Assembly: GCA_039821605.1 (NCBI GenBank) | Contig: JBCBNV010000005.1 | Coordinates: 280,849 to 344,848 of the forward strand | DNA: 64,000 bases | Origin: Pseudomonadota bacterium | GTDB taxonomy: Bacteria > Pseudomonadota > Gammaproteobacteria > Steroidobacterales > Woeseiaceae | Direction: 5' to 3' | Part shown: piece by piece, positions 18,524-26,716 of the stretch | Position numbering within the stretch: the first letter of the stretch is position 1 | Layout of the letters: each line of letters begins with the position of its first letter | The notes under the pieces: generated by a model | Database searches by the model: none | The model's input: only the letters and a program-made list of their open reading frames with translations | What the model was told of the DNA's origin: nothing | Translations under genes and position numbers: made by a program

Positions 18524-18582
18524 GCCGCCACGTGCGTCCCGCCCCCGGTCCCCCAAGGTGGAACACAGGCGCACGTGGCGGC
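18524..18582. repeat. 13-bp perfect inverted repeat (long hairpin) between the porin and DUF294 genes
   Basis: GCCGCCACGTGCG (18524-18536) / CGCACGTGGCGGC (18570-18582) with a 33-nt C-rich loop; each arm contains CACGTG. It begins 12 nt after the porin stop and ends 20 nt before the next ATG. Only GTTTCC follows, so it is not a classical terminator. Confidence 0.8.
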
Positions 18583-18602
18583 GTTTCCGGTAGGCTCGCG
18601 GT

Positions 18603-20450
18603 ATGAACGAGCTCGCCGAGATCTCGGATTTCCTCGGGGCGCTGCCGCCCTTTGACACGCTCGACGACGCCGCGCTTGCGCGCGCGGCGGGGGCCGTCGA
18701 GATCGCCTACCACCGCGGTGGCAGCGAGATCATTGCCTCGGGCAGCGACAACGATTGGTTCTTCGTGGTGCGCAGCGGCGCCGTAGAGCTGCGCGATGCC
18801 GATGGCGATCTCGATCTGCGCGTGGCTGAAGGCGAGTTCTTCGGCTTTCCGGCCATCATGCGCCAGCGCCCCGCGCGGCGCAGTGCCGCGGCGCTCGAGG
18901 ACACGCTCGTCTACATGCTGCCGGGCGCGGTGTTCCGATCTCTTCGGCAGGCCGCCGCGGCCTTCGACACCTTTTTCATCAATGCGCTCTCTGACCGGCT
19001 GCTGCTGGGTGCCGGAACCGGCAACACGACGTTCCGCCACGAGCTGGCAACGGCCGTGGGAGATCTCGTCAAGCGCGCGCCGATCACGATCCCCGTCACG
19101 GCCAACATCCGCGAAACCGCGGAACATATGGTGGCCGAACGCGTATCGGCCATGCTCGTCACCGACGCAAGCGGTGCCGTGACCGGCATCGTCACGGACC
19201 GCGACATCAGGAGCCGCGTGGTCGCTGCAGGCCGCGACCCGCAGGGGTCCGTCTCAGACATCATGACGTCCAACCCCATTACGCTCGATACCGACGCGCA
19301 CGCGTTCGAGGCGGCGCTCACGATGATGCAGCACCACATCCACCACGTTCCCGTCACCCGCGACGGTGCACCGATCGGCATGGTGTCGCGCAGCGACTTT
19401 ATGCGCCTTGAAACCGAGCACCCGCTCTACCTCGTCGCGGATCTCGGGCGACAGTCCTCGGCCGACGGTCTGCGCCGGGTGTGTGAGCGTCTACCCGAAG
19501 TTATCGCGCAGCAAATCGACGGCGGCGCGACGGGCCAGCAGCTCGGACGCTTCATCACGACGGTCACTGACAGCGTGACGCGCCAGCTCATCCGTGTCGG
19601 CGAGGCCGAGCTCGGACCGGCGCCCTGCGACTACGTCTGGGTCGCACTCGGCTCGCAGGGCCGCGGCGAACAGTCGGCCAAGAGCGATCAGGACAATGCG
19701 CTGATTCTGGCCGAGGCCGTGGACGCCGACGGCGACACCTGGTTCGCGGCACTGGCGAAGATCGTCAACGACGGTCTCAATGACTGCGGCTACGTGTACT
19801 GCCCCGGGGAGGTCATGGCCAGCAACCCGAAGTGGCGCCAGCCGCTGGCCCGGTGGCAGGACTACTTCCACACCTGGATCACGGTCCCCGAGCAAAAGGC
19901 GCTCATGCACGCCAACATCTTTTTCGACCTGCGTGCCGTGGCTGGTAACGCTCAACTCGTGGAGTCGCTGAAGTCGGGCATCGCGACATCGGCCCGCGGC
20001 AATGAGCTGTTCCTCGCGCTCATGGCCAAGAATGCGATGACCTGGCAACCACCGTTGGGGCTGTTCCGCCAGTTCGTCGTCGAGCGCGGCGGCGAGCACA
20101 ACCATGAACTCGACCTCAAACACCGCGGCATCATGCCCATCGTCGAGATCGCCAGAATTCGCTCGCTGGCCGCGGGCGTGGTTCGCATCGGGACGCGCAA
20201 TCGCCTGCGTGCCGCAGGCGAGGCCGGCGAGCTGACCAAAGCCGATGCCGACAACCTCATCGATGCACTCGACTTTATCGAGCAGCTTCGCATCGACAAT
20301 CAGAGCGCGCAGATGCGCCGCGGCGACGCCCCCGATAACTACGTCGACCCGGCGACGCTGTCGCGTCTGCACCGACAGAATCTCAAGGCCGCGTTCAGCC
20401 AGGTGCGCACGAGCCAGCAGGCGCTGCTGCACCGATTCCACATCGCGTGA
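18603..20450 (+). CDS. cNMP-binding / CBS-pair / DUF294 putative nucleotidyltransferase
   Basis: 615 aa. It has a cyclic-nucleotide-binding domain (FFVVRSGAVELRD...GEFFGFPA), a CBS pair (VTGIVTDRDI; HHVPVTRDGAPIGMVSRSDF), a nucleotidyltransferase core WVALGSQGRGEQSAKSDQDNALIL (G-S...D-x-D) and a helical DUF294_C-like tail. Confidence 0.85.
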   Translation: MNELAEISDFLGALPPFDTLDDAALARAAGAVEIAYHRGGSEIIASGSDNDWFFVVRSGAVELRDADGDLDLRVAEGEFFGFPAIMRQRPARRSAAALEDTLVYMLPGAVFRSLRQAAAAFDTFFINALSDRLLLGAGTGNTTFRHELATAVGDLVKRAPITIPVTANIRETAEHMVAERVSAMLVTDASGAVTGIVTDRDIRSRVVAAGRDPQGSVSDIMTSNPITLDTDAHAFEAALTMMQHHIHHVPVTRDGAPIGMVSRSDFMRLETEHPLYLVADLGRQSSADGLRRVCERLPEVIAQQIDGGATGQQLGRFITTVTDSVTRQLIRVGEAELGPAPCDYVWVALGSQGRGEQSAKSDQDNALILAEAVDADGDTWFAALAKIVNDGLNDCGYVYCPGEVMASNPKWRQPLARWQDYFHTWITVPEQKALMHANIFFDLRAVAGNAQLVESLKSGIATSARGNELFLALMAKNAMTWQPPLGLFRQFVVERGGEHNHELDLKHRGIMPIVEIARIRSLAAGVVRIGTRNRLRAAGEAGELTKADADNLIDALDFIEQLRIDNQSAQMRRGDAPDNYVDPATLSRLHRQNLKAAFSQVRTSQQALLHRFHIA

Positions 20451-21124
20451 AGCGCTGGCGCCTGCAACGGCGACGCCACAAGGTAGCCGACTCGGCACCG
20501 ACACCGCTGGCCGAACTCGCCCGCGCGCCGTTGCCCGATGCGCACGCCACCGCGCGCCAAGTGACCTTTGTGTGCCTCGATATCGAAACCAGCGGGCTCG
20601 ACGCGCAAACAGCCGAACTCCTGAGCGTCGGTTGGGTGGAGATTCGGGACGGGCGCGTTGCCGCGAAATCGGCGCGCTGCCTGCTGGCGCAACCCGACGG
20701 CGAAGTCGGCGACAGCGCCACCGTTCACGGCCTCACCGATACAGCGGTATCCCGGGGTCAGCCGCTCGATACCGTGATCGACGCCGTGGTCGCGGCACTC
20801 ACAGGCTGCGTGCTCGTTGTGCACCACGCGGGTCTCGACAAGGCCGTGCTCGACCGGCTCTGCCGTGCGCGCTATGGCCATGCGCTGCCGGTTCCCGTCC
20901 TCGACACGCTGGCGCTGGCGCACAAGCGACGGCAACGCCGACACCACGTGGCAGGCACAGGCTCGCTGCGATTACCCGACCTGCGCACTGACTACGGCCT
21001 GCCCCGCTACCAGTCGCACGACTGCCTCGTCGATGCGCTGGCGACGGCGGAGCTGCTGCTGGCCATGCTCGCGCACGAAGGTCGTGGCGGGGACACACCG
21101 GTCTGGCACTGGCTCACGCTGTGA
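20447..21124 (+). CDS. DEDDh 3'-5' exonuclease (DnaQ/PolIII-epsilon-like)
   Basis: ExoI FVCLDIETSGLD, ExoII VVHHAGLDKAVL, ExoIII HDCLVDALATAELLL. The GTG start overlaps the previous stop (GTGA, 20447-20450). Confidence 0.85.
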   Translation: MKRWRLQRRRHKVADSAPTPLAELARAPLPDAHATARQVTFVCLDIETSGLDAQTAELLSVGWVEIRDGRVAAKSARCLLAQPDGEVGDSATVHGLTDTAVSRGQPLDTVIDAVVAALTGCVLVVHHAGLDKAVLDRLCRARYGHALPVPVLDTLALAHKRRQRRHHVAGTGSLRLPDLRTDYGLPRYQSHDCLVDALATAELLLAMLAHEGRGGDTPVWHWLTL

Positions 21125-21196
21125 CGGCGGTCACAGAATCGCGCTTGCGGCCCGATTTACCATAAAGTTCGTCAAGGGACTGCCGCTGGGACCGTC

Positions 21197-21370
21197 ATGG
21201 ACGACGCAAACCACATCGGCGATACGATTCGCCTGCCGCGCCCCAGGATCGCCATCAACGATCTGGGCCACAGTGTGTGGACCGGGGATGTGCCCGAGGG
21301 CGACTTTGAGCTCGAGGCGCCGGAGGCTTCGACCGACCCCTACAACAGCATGCCGCTGCAGGTGTACTGA
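21197..21370 (+). CDS. Possible small protein (57 aa), unannotated in the ORF track
   Basis: MDDANHIGDTIRLPRPRIAINDLGHSVWTGDVPEGDFELEAPEASTDPYNSMPLQVY. Third positions are G/C-rich like neighbouring genes. The Shine-Dalgarno is weak. It fills an otherwise empty 250-bp gap. No family recognised. Confidence 0.3.
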   Translation: MDDANHIGDTIRLPRPRIAINDLGHSVWTGDVPEGDFELEAPEASTDPYNSMPLQVY

Positions 21371-21374
21371 GCCG

Positions 21375-22901
21375 TCAGGCGACGGCTGACGCCCGGTCGG
21401 GCACGCGCTCGAACGCGAGCGCGCCGTCGTCGATGCGCGAGAATCGAAACGCGCGCAAATCCAGGAAGTAGTTCTGATTCACGGTCCAGGGTGCTGTACC
21501 CGTTTGCTTGGGAAGACGATTCGCCGCGCGTGAGATGTAGCCCGAGTCGAGATCAATGAAGGGCCGGTACGGACCCGAACCCGAATATTCCGGTGTCACC
21601 ACGTCGTAGTCGTGCCGGTCCATATGCGCGAGCAGACGCACGACCCAGCGCGCGATGAGCTCACACTTGAGCGTCCAGGATGCGTTCGTATAGCCCATCG
21701 TCAACGCCAGGTTGGGCATCCCCGACAGCATGGCGCCCTTGTAGGTGACCCGGCTGTTTGCCGAAATCGGCTCGCCATCCAGATGCAGCTTGGCGCCACC
21801 CGCCACGAGCAGCGAGAGCCCCGTCGCCGTAATCACAATATCGGCCGCGACCTTGTCGCCGGACGCCATCCGCACACCGTCGGGTTCGAACCGCGCAATC
21901 CGATCCGTAACCATCTCGACCTGGCCCGCCTTGATCGCCTCGAAGAAATCGCCGTCGGGTGCCAGGCACAGGCGCTGGTCCCAGGGGTCGTAAGGCGGTC
22001 GAAAGTGCTTATCGACGTCGAGCTTGTCGCCGATCTCCTCGGTGATGTGCTTCAAGATGTTGTTGCGCACGAATTCAGGCTGCCATCGCGACAGGTTGAA
22101 CGTGAACATCGTGTAGAGGATGTTCTTCCAACGCGTCAGGAAGTGCGCGACGCGTGCACCAAACACCTTGTGCAGGAACCGGCTGATCGCATCGCGCGCG
22201 GGCATCACGGCAATGTAGCTCGGCGTGCGTTGCACCATGGTCACCCTGGCGCCGCGCTGTGCGAGCTCGGGCACCAACGTCACCGCCGTCGCGCCGCTGC
22301 CGATCACGGCGACGCGCTGACCCTTGAGGTCGAGGTCATCGGGCCACTGCTGCGGGTGAATGACCTGGCCCCGGTAATCGGAGAAGCCCTCGAACTCGGG
22401 CAGGTGGCCCGCCGAGTAGCGGTAGTAGCCCGTGCACATCATGAGGAACCGACAGCGGTACTCGGTCGTGGCGCCGTTCACGGTGACCGTGAGCCGCCAG
22501 CGCCGAATCGCGCTATCCCAGTTGGCCGAGGTCATGCGGTGGCCGAAACGAATCCGCGAATCGAGTCCGGCCTCTGCGGCCGTCTCGCGGATGTACTCGC
22601 GAATGCTCGCGCCATCGGCAATCGACTGCTCCCGAATCCAGGGCCGGAATGCAAAGCCCAGCGTCGGCATGTCGGAGTCCGAACGGATGCCCGGGTAACG
22701 AAACAGGTCCCAGGTGCCCCCCACGGCCTCGCGCGCCTCGAGTATGGCGATGTCGGCTGACGGTCGCGCCCGGGTCAGGTGCCAGCCCGCGCAGATGCCC
22801 GACAGCCCGGCGCCCACGATCACGATATCGTGGTCGTGTACTGCGGCTTGAACCGCATCGTCTTGTGGCGTTCCGTCGAGCATGGGACTGGGGGCGATCA
22901 A
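21375..22901 (-). CDS. Flavin-dependent (Baeyer-Villiger/EthA-like) monooxygenase
   Basis: 508 aa with two dinucleotide-binding fingerprints (IVIVGAGLSGI, VAVIGSGATAV) and the BVMO fingerprint FEGFSDYRGQVIHPQQWP. Confidence 0.85.
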   Translation of the reverse strand: MIAPSPMLDGTPQDDAVQAAVHDHDIVIVGAGLSGICAGWHLTRARPSADIAILEAREAVGGTWDLFRYPGIRSDSDMPTLGFAFRPWIREQSIADGASIREYIRETAAEAGLDSRIRFGHRMTSANWDSAIRRWRLTVTVNGATTEYRCRFLMMCTGYYRYSAGHLPEFEGFSDYRGQVIHPQQWPDDLDLKGQRVAVIGSGATAVTLVPELAQRGARVTMVQRTPSYIAVMPARDAISRFLHKVFGARVAHFLTRWKNILYTMFTFNLSRWQPEFVRNNILKHITEEIGDKLDVDKHFRPPYDPWDQRLCLAPDGDFFEAIKAGQVEMVTDRIARFEPDGVRMASGDKVAADIVITATGLSLLVAGGAKLHLDGEPISANSRVTYKGAMLSGMPNLALTMGYTNASWTLKCELIARWVVRLLAHMDRHDYDVVTPEYSGSGPYRPFIDLDSGYISRAANRLPKQTGTAPWTVNQNYFLDLRAFRFSRIDDGALAFERVPDRASAVA

Positions 22902-22993
22902 CCGGGCCGGCCATTATAGCGTCAGCCGCCAGGCGACACCGCGCAGCGGGCCGTGCGTTACCATAACTTGCACACGGGTTCGGAGCCTTGCGC

Positions 22994-25171
22994 ATGCCAC
23001 GTGAGACGGTCGGTGGCGGCCTCAAGAAAGTGCTGTACACGCTGCGCACCGCGCAGCGCATCGGTTTGGCACGCACGGGCAAGGCGCTTCGGTCCCATAA
23101 CACCTGCAAGGCCTGCGCTTATGGCATGGGCGGCCAGGCCGGCGGCATGACCAACGAGCTCGGCGAATTCCCGTCGGTCTGCAACAAGAGCGTGCAGGCC
23201 CAGTCGACCGACATCCAGCCGGCCATCCCCGAGGCGGTATTTGGCCACCCCATCACAGAGCTCGCGGAGCTGTCGCCCCACGAGCTCGAGCACCTGGGCC
23301 GGCTGGCCACGCCACTGCACCGCGCACCGGGGGCCGAGCACTATCAACCCGTCGATTGGGATACGGCGCTCGATATCGCCGCAACGCGGCTGCGCGCCAC
23401 GAGCCCTTCTCGCGCGTTCTTCTATTCCTCTGGCCGCTCGTCGAACGAGGCAGGCTTCGTCTTCCAGCTGCTGGCGCGGGCCTGGGGCACCAACAACGTC
23501 AACAACTGCAGCTACTACTGCCACCAGGCGACCAGTGTGGCGCTGGGTGCGACGATCGGTACGGGCACGGCGACCGTCGAGCTCGCCGACCTCGATGGTG
23601 CCGACACCATCTTCGTGATCGGCGCCAACCCAGCCTCGAATCACCCGCGCTTCATCCACAAGCTCATGGCCTGCCGCGACCGCGGCGGCCAGGTCATTGT
23701 CATCAACCCCGCTCGCGAACGCGGCCTCGTGCGTTTCGCCGTTCCGAAGAGCGCCCGCTCCCTGCTCAAGGGCGGCAGCGATATCGCCTCGACCTATGTG
23801 CAACCGCGCATCGGCGGCGACCTCGCACTGTTCAAGGGCCTGGCCAAGGCGCTCCTCGAATCGGGCGACGTCGATACCGATTTCATCGCGGAACACACGA
23901 CGGGGTTCGAGGCATTCGCCGACGACCTGGCGCAAACGGACTGGGCCACGATCACGGCTTCCTGCGGGATCTCCGAAACCGAGTGCCGCGAGGTCGCGGC
24001 GGCCTATGCGGCCGCGAACTCGGCCGTGTTCGCCTGGGGCATGGGCATGACCCACCACGAGAACGGCTGCGACAACATCGAGTACATCGCCGCGCTCGCG
24101 CTCATGCGCGGCATGATCGGCCGAACCCATGCGGGCCTGCTGCCATTGCGCGGGCACTCCAACGTGCAAGGCATCGGCACCATCGGCGTGAAGCCCGTGC
24201 TGGCCGAAGACGTGTTCGCAAAGCTCGAGGCGGCCTTCGGCATCACGCTGTCACGCGAGGCCGGCTGGGACACCATGGCGGCCATGCAGGCGGCGGCGGC
24301 CGGCGACGTCGACGCCGCCATTCTGATGGGCGGCAACCTGCTCGCGGCCAACCCCAACACGGCCTGGGCCGAGAACGCACTGGGGCGCATCGGCTTCCGG
24401 ATTGCATTGACGACAACGCTCAACCGGTCCCATGTCGCGGGTCTTGGCGAGGGTGAGGTGCTGGTCCTGCCCGTGGCGGCGCGCGATGAGGAATGGCAGC
24501 CCACGACGCAGGAATCGATGTTCAATTTCGTGCGCCTGTCCGATGGCGGCATTATTCGCCACGCATCGGTACGCCCCGAGGTCACGGTGCTCGTCGATCT
24601 GGCCACACGCCTGCTGCCCGACTGCCCCATCGACTTCGAAGCGTTCCGCCAGCACCAGCGCATCCGCGAAGCCATCGCTGACACCGTGCCCGGCATGGGG
24701 GCCCTGGCGGACATCGACGTCGCGCGGCGCGAGTTTCACATCGAGCAACGGCTCATGCACACGCCGGCGTTTCACACCGAGAGTGGCCGCGCGACGTTTC
24801 AAGTGCGTGCACTGCCCGATCACTGGGCCGACGGCATGCTGTCATTGACCACCGTACGTAGTGAGGGTCAGTTCAACTCGATCATCTACGAGGCGCGCGA
24901 TGCCTATCGCGGCACCGACGACCGCTGGTGCGTGATGCTGGGCGACGCCGAACTCGACCGGCACGCGCTGGCGCCCGGCGACACCGTGACGCTTGTGTCT
25001 GACCACGGTCGCATGCGCGACGTGACGGTGTACCGACACGACCTACCCGCGGGCTGTGCGATGGCCTACTACCCCGAAGCCAACGTCCTCACGGGCACGG
25101 CCGTGGATCCGCGCAGCAAGACACCCGCCTTCAAGCACACGGCCATTCGTATCAAGACCGCCGCCGGCTAG
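22994..25171 (+). CDS. Molybdopterin oxidoreductase, YdeP / Fdh-alpha-like family
   Basis: ATG 22994 has GGAG 7 nt upstream; the listed TTG 22988 is 2 codons earlier. 725 aa. It has an N-terminal Cys region NTCKACAYGMGGQ...VCNKS and NNCSYYCHQATSVALG, with a molybdopterin-enzyme layout. Confidence 0.8.
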   Translation: MPRETVGGGLKKVLYTLRTAQRIGLARTGKALRSHNTCKACAYGMGGQAGGMTNELGEFPSVCNKSVQAQSTDIQPAIPEAVFGHPITELAELSPHELEHLGRLATPLHRAPGAEHYQPVDWDTALDIAATRLRATSPSRAFFYSSGRSSNEAGFVFQLLARAWGTNNVNNCSYYCHQATSVALGATIGTGTATVELADLDGADTIFVIGANPASNHPRFIHKLMACRDRGGQVIVINPARERGLVRFAVPKSARSLLKGGSDIASTYVQPRIGGDLALFKGLAKALLESGDVDTDFIAEHTTGFEAFADDLAQTDWATITASCGISETECREVAAAYAAANSAVFAWGMGMTHHENGCDNIEYIAALALMRGMIGRTHAGLLPLRGHSNVQGIGTIGVKPVLAEDVFAKLEAAFGITLSREAGWDTMAAMQAAAAGDVDAAILMGGNLLAANPNTAWAENALGRIGFRIALTTTLNRSHVAGLGEGEVLVLPVAARDEEWQPTTQESMFNFVRLSDGGIIRHASVRPEVTVLVDLATRLLPDCPIDFEAFRQHQRIREAIADTVPGMGALADIDVARREFHIEQRLMHTPAFHTESGRATFQVRALPDHWADGMLSLTTVRSEGQFNSIIYEARDAYRGTDDRWCVMLGDAELDRHALAPGDTVTLVSDHGRMRDVTVYRHDLPAGCAMAYYPEANVLTGTAVDPRSKTPAFKHTAIRIKTAAG

Positions 25172-25533
25172 CAGTCGGCGCTTCCCGCCTCGGGGTGCGG
25201 AAAACTGTCAGCGTCATCGTCACCGTCGCGCACCGTGAGGCACGCGAAGTCCTTTTCGATGAGTACGTCGAGGGATGCGTACTGCAGCGCCAGCGACACC
25301 GTGTCGTTGCGCGCCCAGTCGCCGAGCGCTTCGGCCGCTACGCGCACCGTGAGCCCCGAGCCATCGCAAACGACGTCGGGCGCGGCGTCGCTCACGCCCT
25401 CGAGCCGATAGCGAAAAGCGTTGCCGCCAGGCAGGTGCATGCGGCCCTCGACGGCCTCACCCAGCGCGATCTGAGACACCTCAGTCTGCCCAAGGCGCAG
25501 ACGCAGACTGTCATCGCGGATTCGGAGCTTCAT
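25168..25533 (-). CDS. Conserved hypothetical small acidic protein
   Basis: MKLRIRDDSLRLRLGQTEVSQIALGEAVEGR... I place the start at ATG 25533; the listed ORF begins at TTG 25569. Its stop shares a CTAG with the ydeP-like stop. No family named with confidence. Confidence 0.5.
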   Translation of the reverse strand: MKLRIRDDSLRLRLGQTEVSQIALGEAVEGRMHLPGGNAFRYRLEGVSDAAPDVVCDGSGLTVRVAAEALGDWARNDTVSLALQYASLDVLIEKDFACLTVRDGDDDADSFPHPEAGSADC

Positions 25534-25618
25534 CGGAACAGTGTTGCCATCGCGTGTGGGTACACGCAAGCCATCACGCGCTGTTGTGGATGCGTTCGCA
25601 CCGTCGCAACCGCCATAT

Positions 25619-25630
25619 GACAGCGCTGTC
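25619..25630. promoter_or_regulatory. Candidate LacI-family operator
   Basis: GACAGCGCTGTC is a perfect 12-bp palindrome centred on CG, 50 nt upstream of the LacI-family gene start. Confidence 0.4.
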
Positions 25631-25680
25631 GCTTTTGTCGGGCGAGTGTCCTAGAATGGTGCAGAAGAATTGTAGCAGTC

Positions 25681-26709
25681 ATGTCTAAGATTACGATCAC
25701 TGACGTCGCGCGACGCGCGAACGTCTCCATCAAAACCGTCTCCCGGGTCGTTAATGGCGAGCCCAACGTCCGCGATGGCACGCGCGAACGCGTGCAACAG
25801 GCGATCCTCGATCTCGACTATCGACCGAATCCTTCTGCGCGCAGCCTGGCCACGCAACGCTCCTACCTCGTGGCGCTGATTTACGACGACCCCGACGCCT
25901 ACGAGGCGCCGAGCTGTGGTTACGTCGTCAACCTGCAGCAGGGCCTGTTGGCAGCCTGCAACGCGCGCGGATTCGACTTGCTCATTCACCCGGCCAACTA
26001 CCGCGACCCCAAGGCGCTCGCGAGCATCGGCAAGATGATCGCGCACGCGCGGCCCGAGGGTGTCGTGCTCGCCGCGCCGCTCTCGAACATGCCCGACGTC
26101 GTCGCCACCGTCGAAGACAGCGGCACGCGCCTGATCCGGCTCTCGCCCGGACCCTGCGCCACCGGGCAGTTCGTCGAGACCGACGATGCCGAGGCCGCGC
26201 AGGCCATGACGAGCTACCTTGCGTCGCTGGGCCACCGCCGCATCGCGTTCGTCCGCGGCCACGCCAAGCACGCCGCCGTGCAGCAGCGTTTATCGGGCTA
26301 CAAGGCCGGTTTGCGCGCAGCAGGGCTCGACCTCGACCCGGCACTCATCGTTGACGGCGACAACTCCATCGCCTCGGGCGAAAACGCCGCGGCGCAACTG
26401 CTGGCGCTCGAACAGCCACCCACAGCCGTGTTCGCGGCCAACGACGACATGGCCGCAGGCATCTTGCGTACGGCCAGTCGGTTCGGCGTGAGTGTACCCG
26501 AGCAGCTCTCGGTCGCGGGCTTCGACGACATTTCACTGGCGCAGCAGATCTACCCGGCACTGACCACCGTGCGACAACCGCTGGGTGCCATGGCCGAGCG
26601 CGCGGGCGAAATGATCATCGACGATCTGCAGGGTACGCGCGGGGACAACGTGATCCCCGCAGAGATCGTGGTGCGCGAGTCCACGGCACCGCTCACGCGG
26701 CAACACTGA
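25681..26709 (+). CDS. LacI/GalR-family transcriptional regulator
   Basis: HTH ITITDVARRANVSIKTVSRVVNG plus a periplasmic-binding-fold effector domain. Confidence 0.9.
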   Translation: MSKITITDVARRANVSIKTVSRVVNGEPNVRDGTRERVQQAILDLDYRPNPSARSLATQRSYLVALIYDDPDAYEAPSCGYVVNLQQGLLAACNARGFDLLIHPANYRDPKALASIGKMIAHARPEGVVLAAPLSNMPDVVATVEDSGTRLIRLSPGPCATGQFVETDDAEAAQAMTSYLASLGHRRIAFVRGHAKHAAVQQRLSGYKAGLRAAGLDLDPALIVDGDNSIASGENAAAQLLALEQPPTAVFAANDDMAAGILRTASRFGVSVPEQLSVAGFDDISLAQQIYPALTTVRQPLGAMAERAGEMIIDDLQGTRGDNVIPAEIVVRESTAPLTRQH

Positions 26710-26716
26710 TCGCGAG

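Noticed and set aside
17595-19127. 510-aa ORF on the minus strand spanning the porin and DUF294 genes
   Set aside because: It lies antisense to two ORFs with clear family signatures. Its Arg/Gly/Val/His-rich composition, without motifs, is typical of shadow frames in high-GC DNA.
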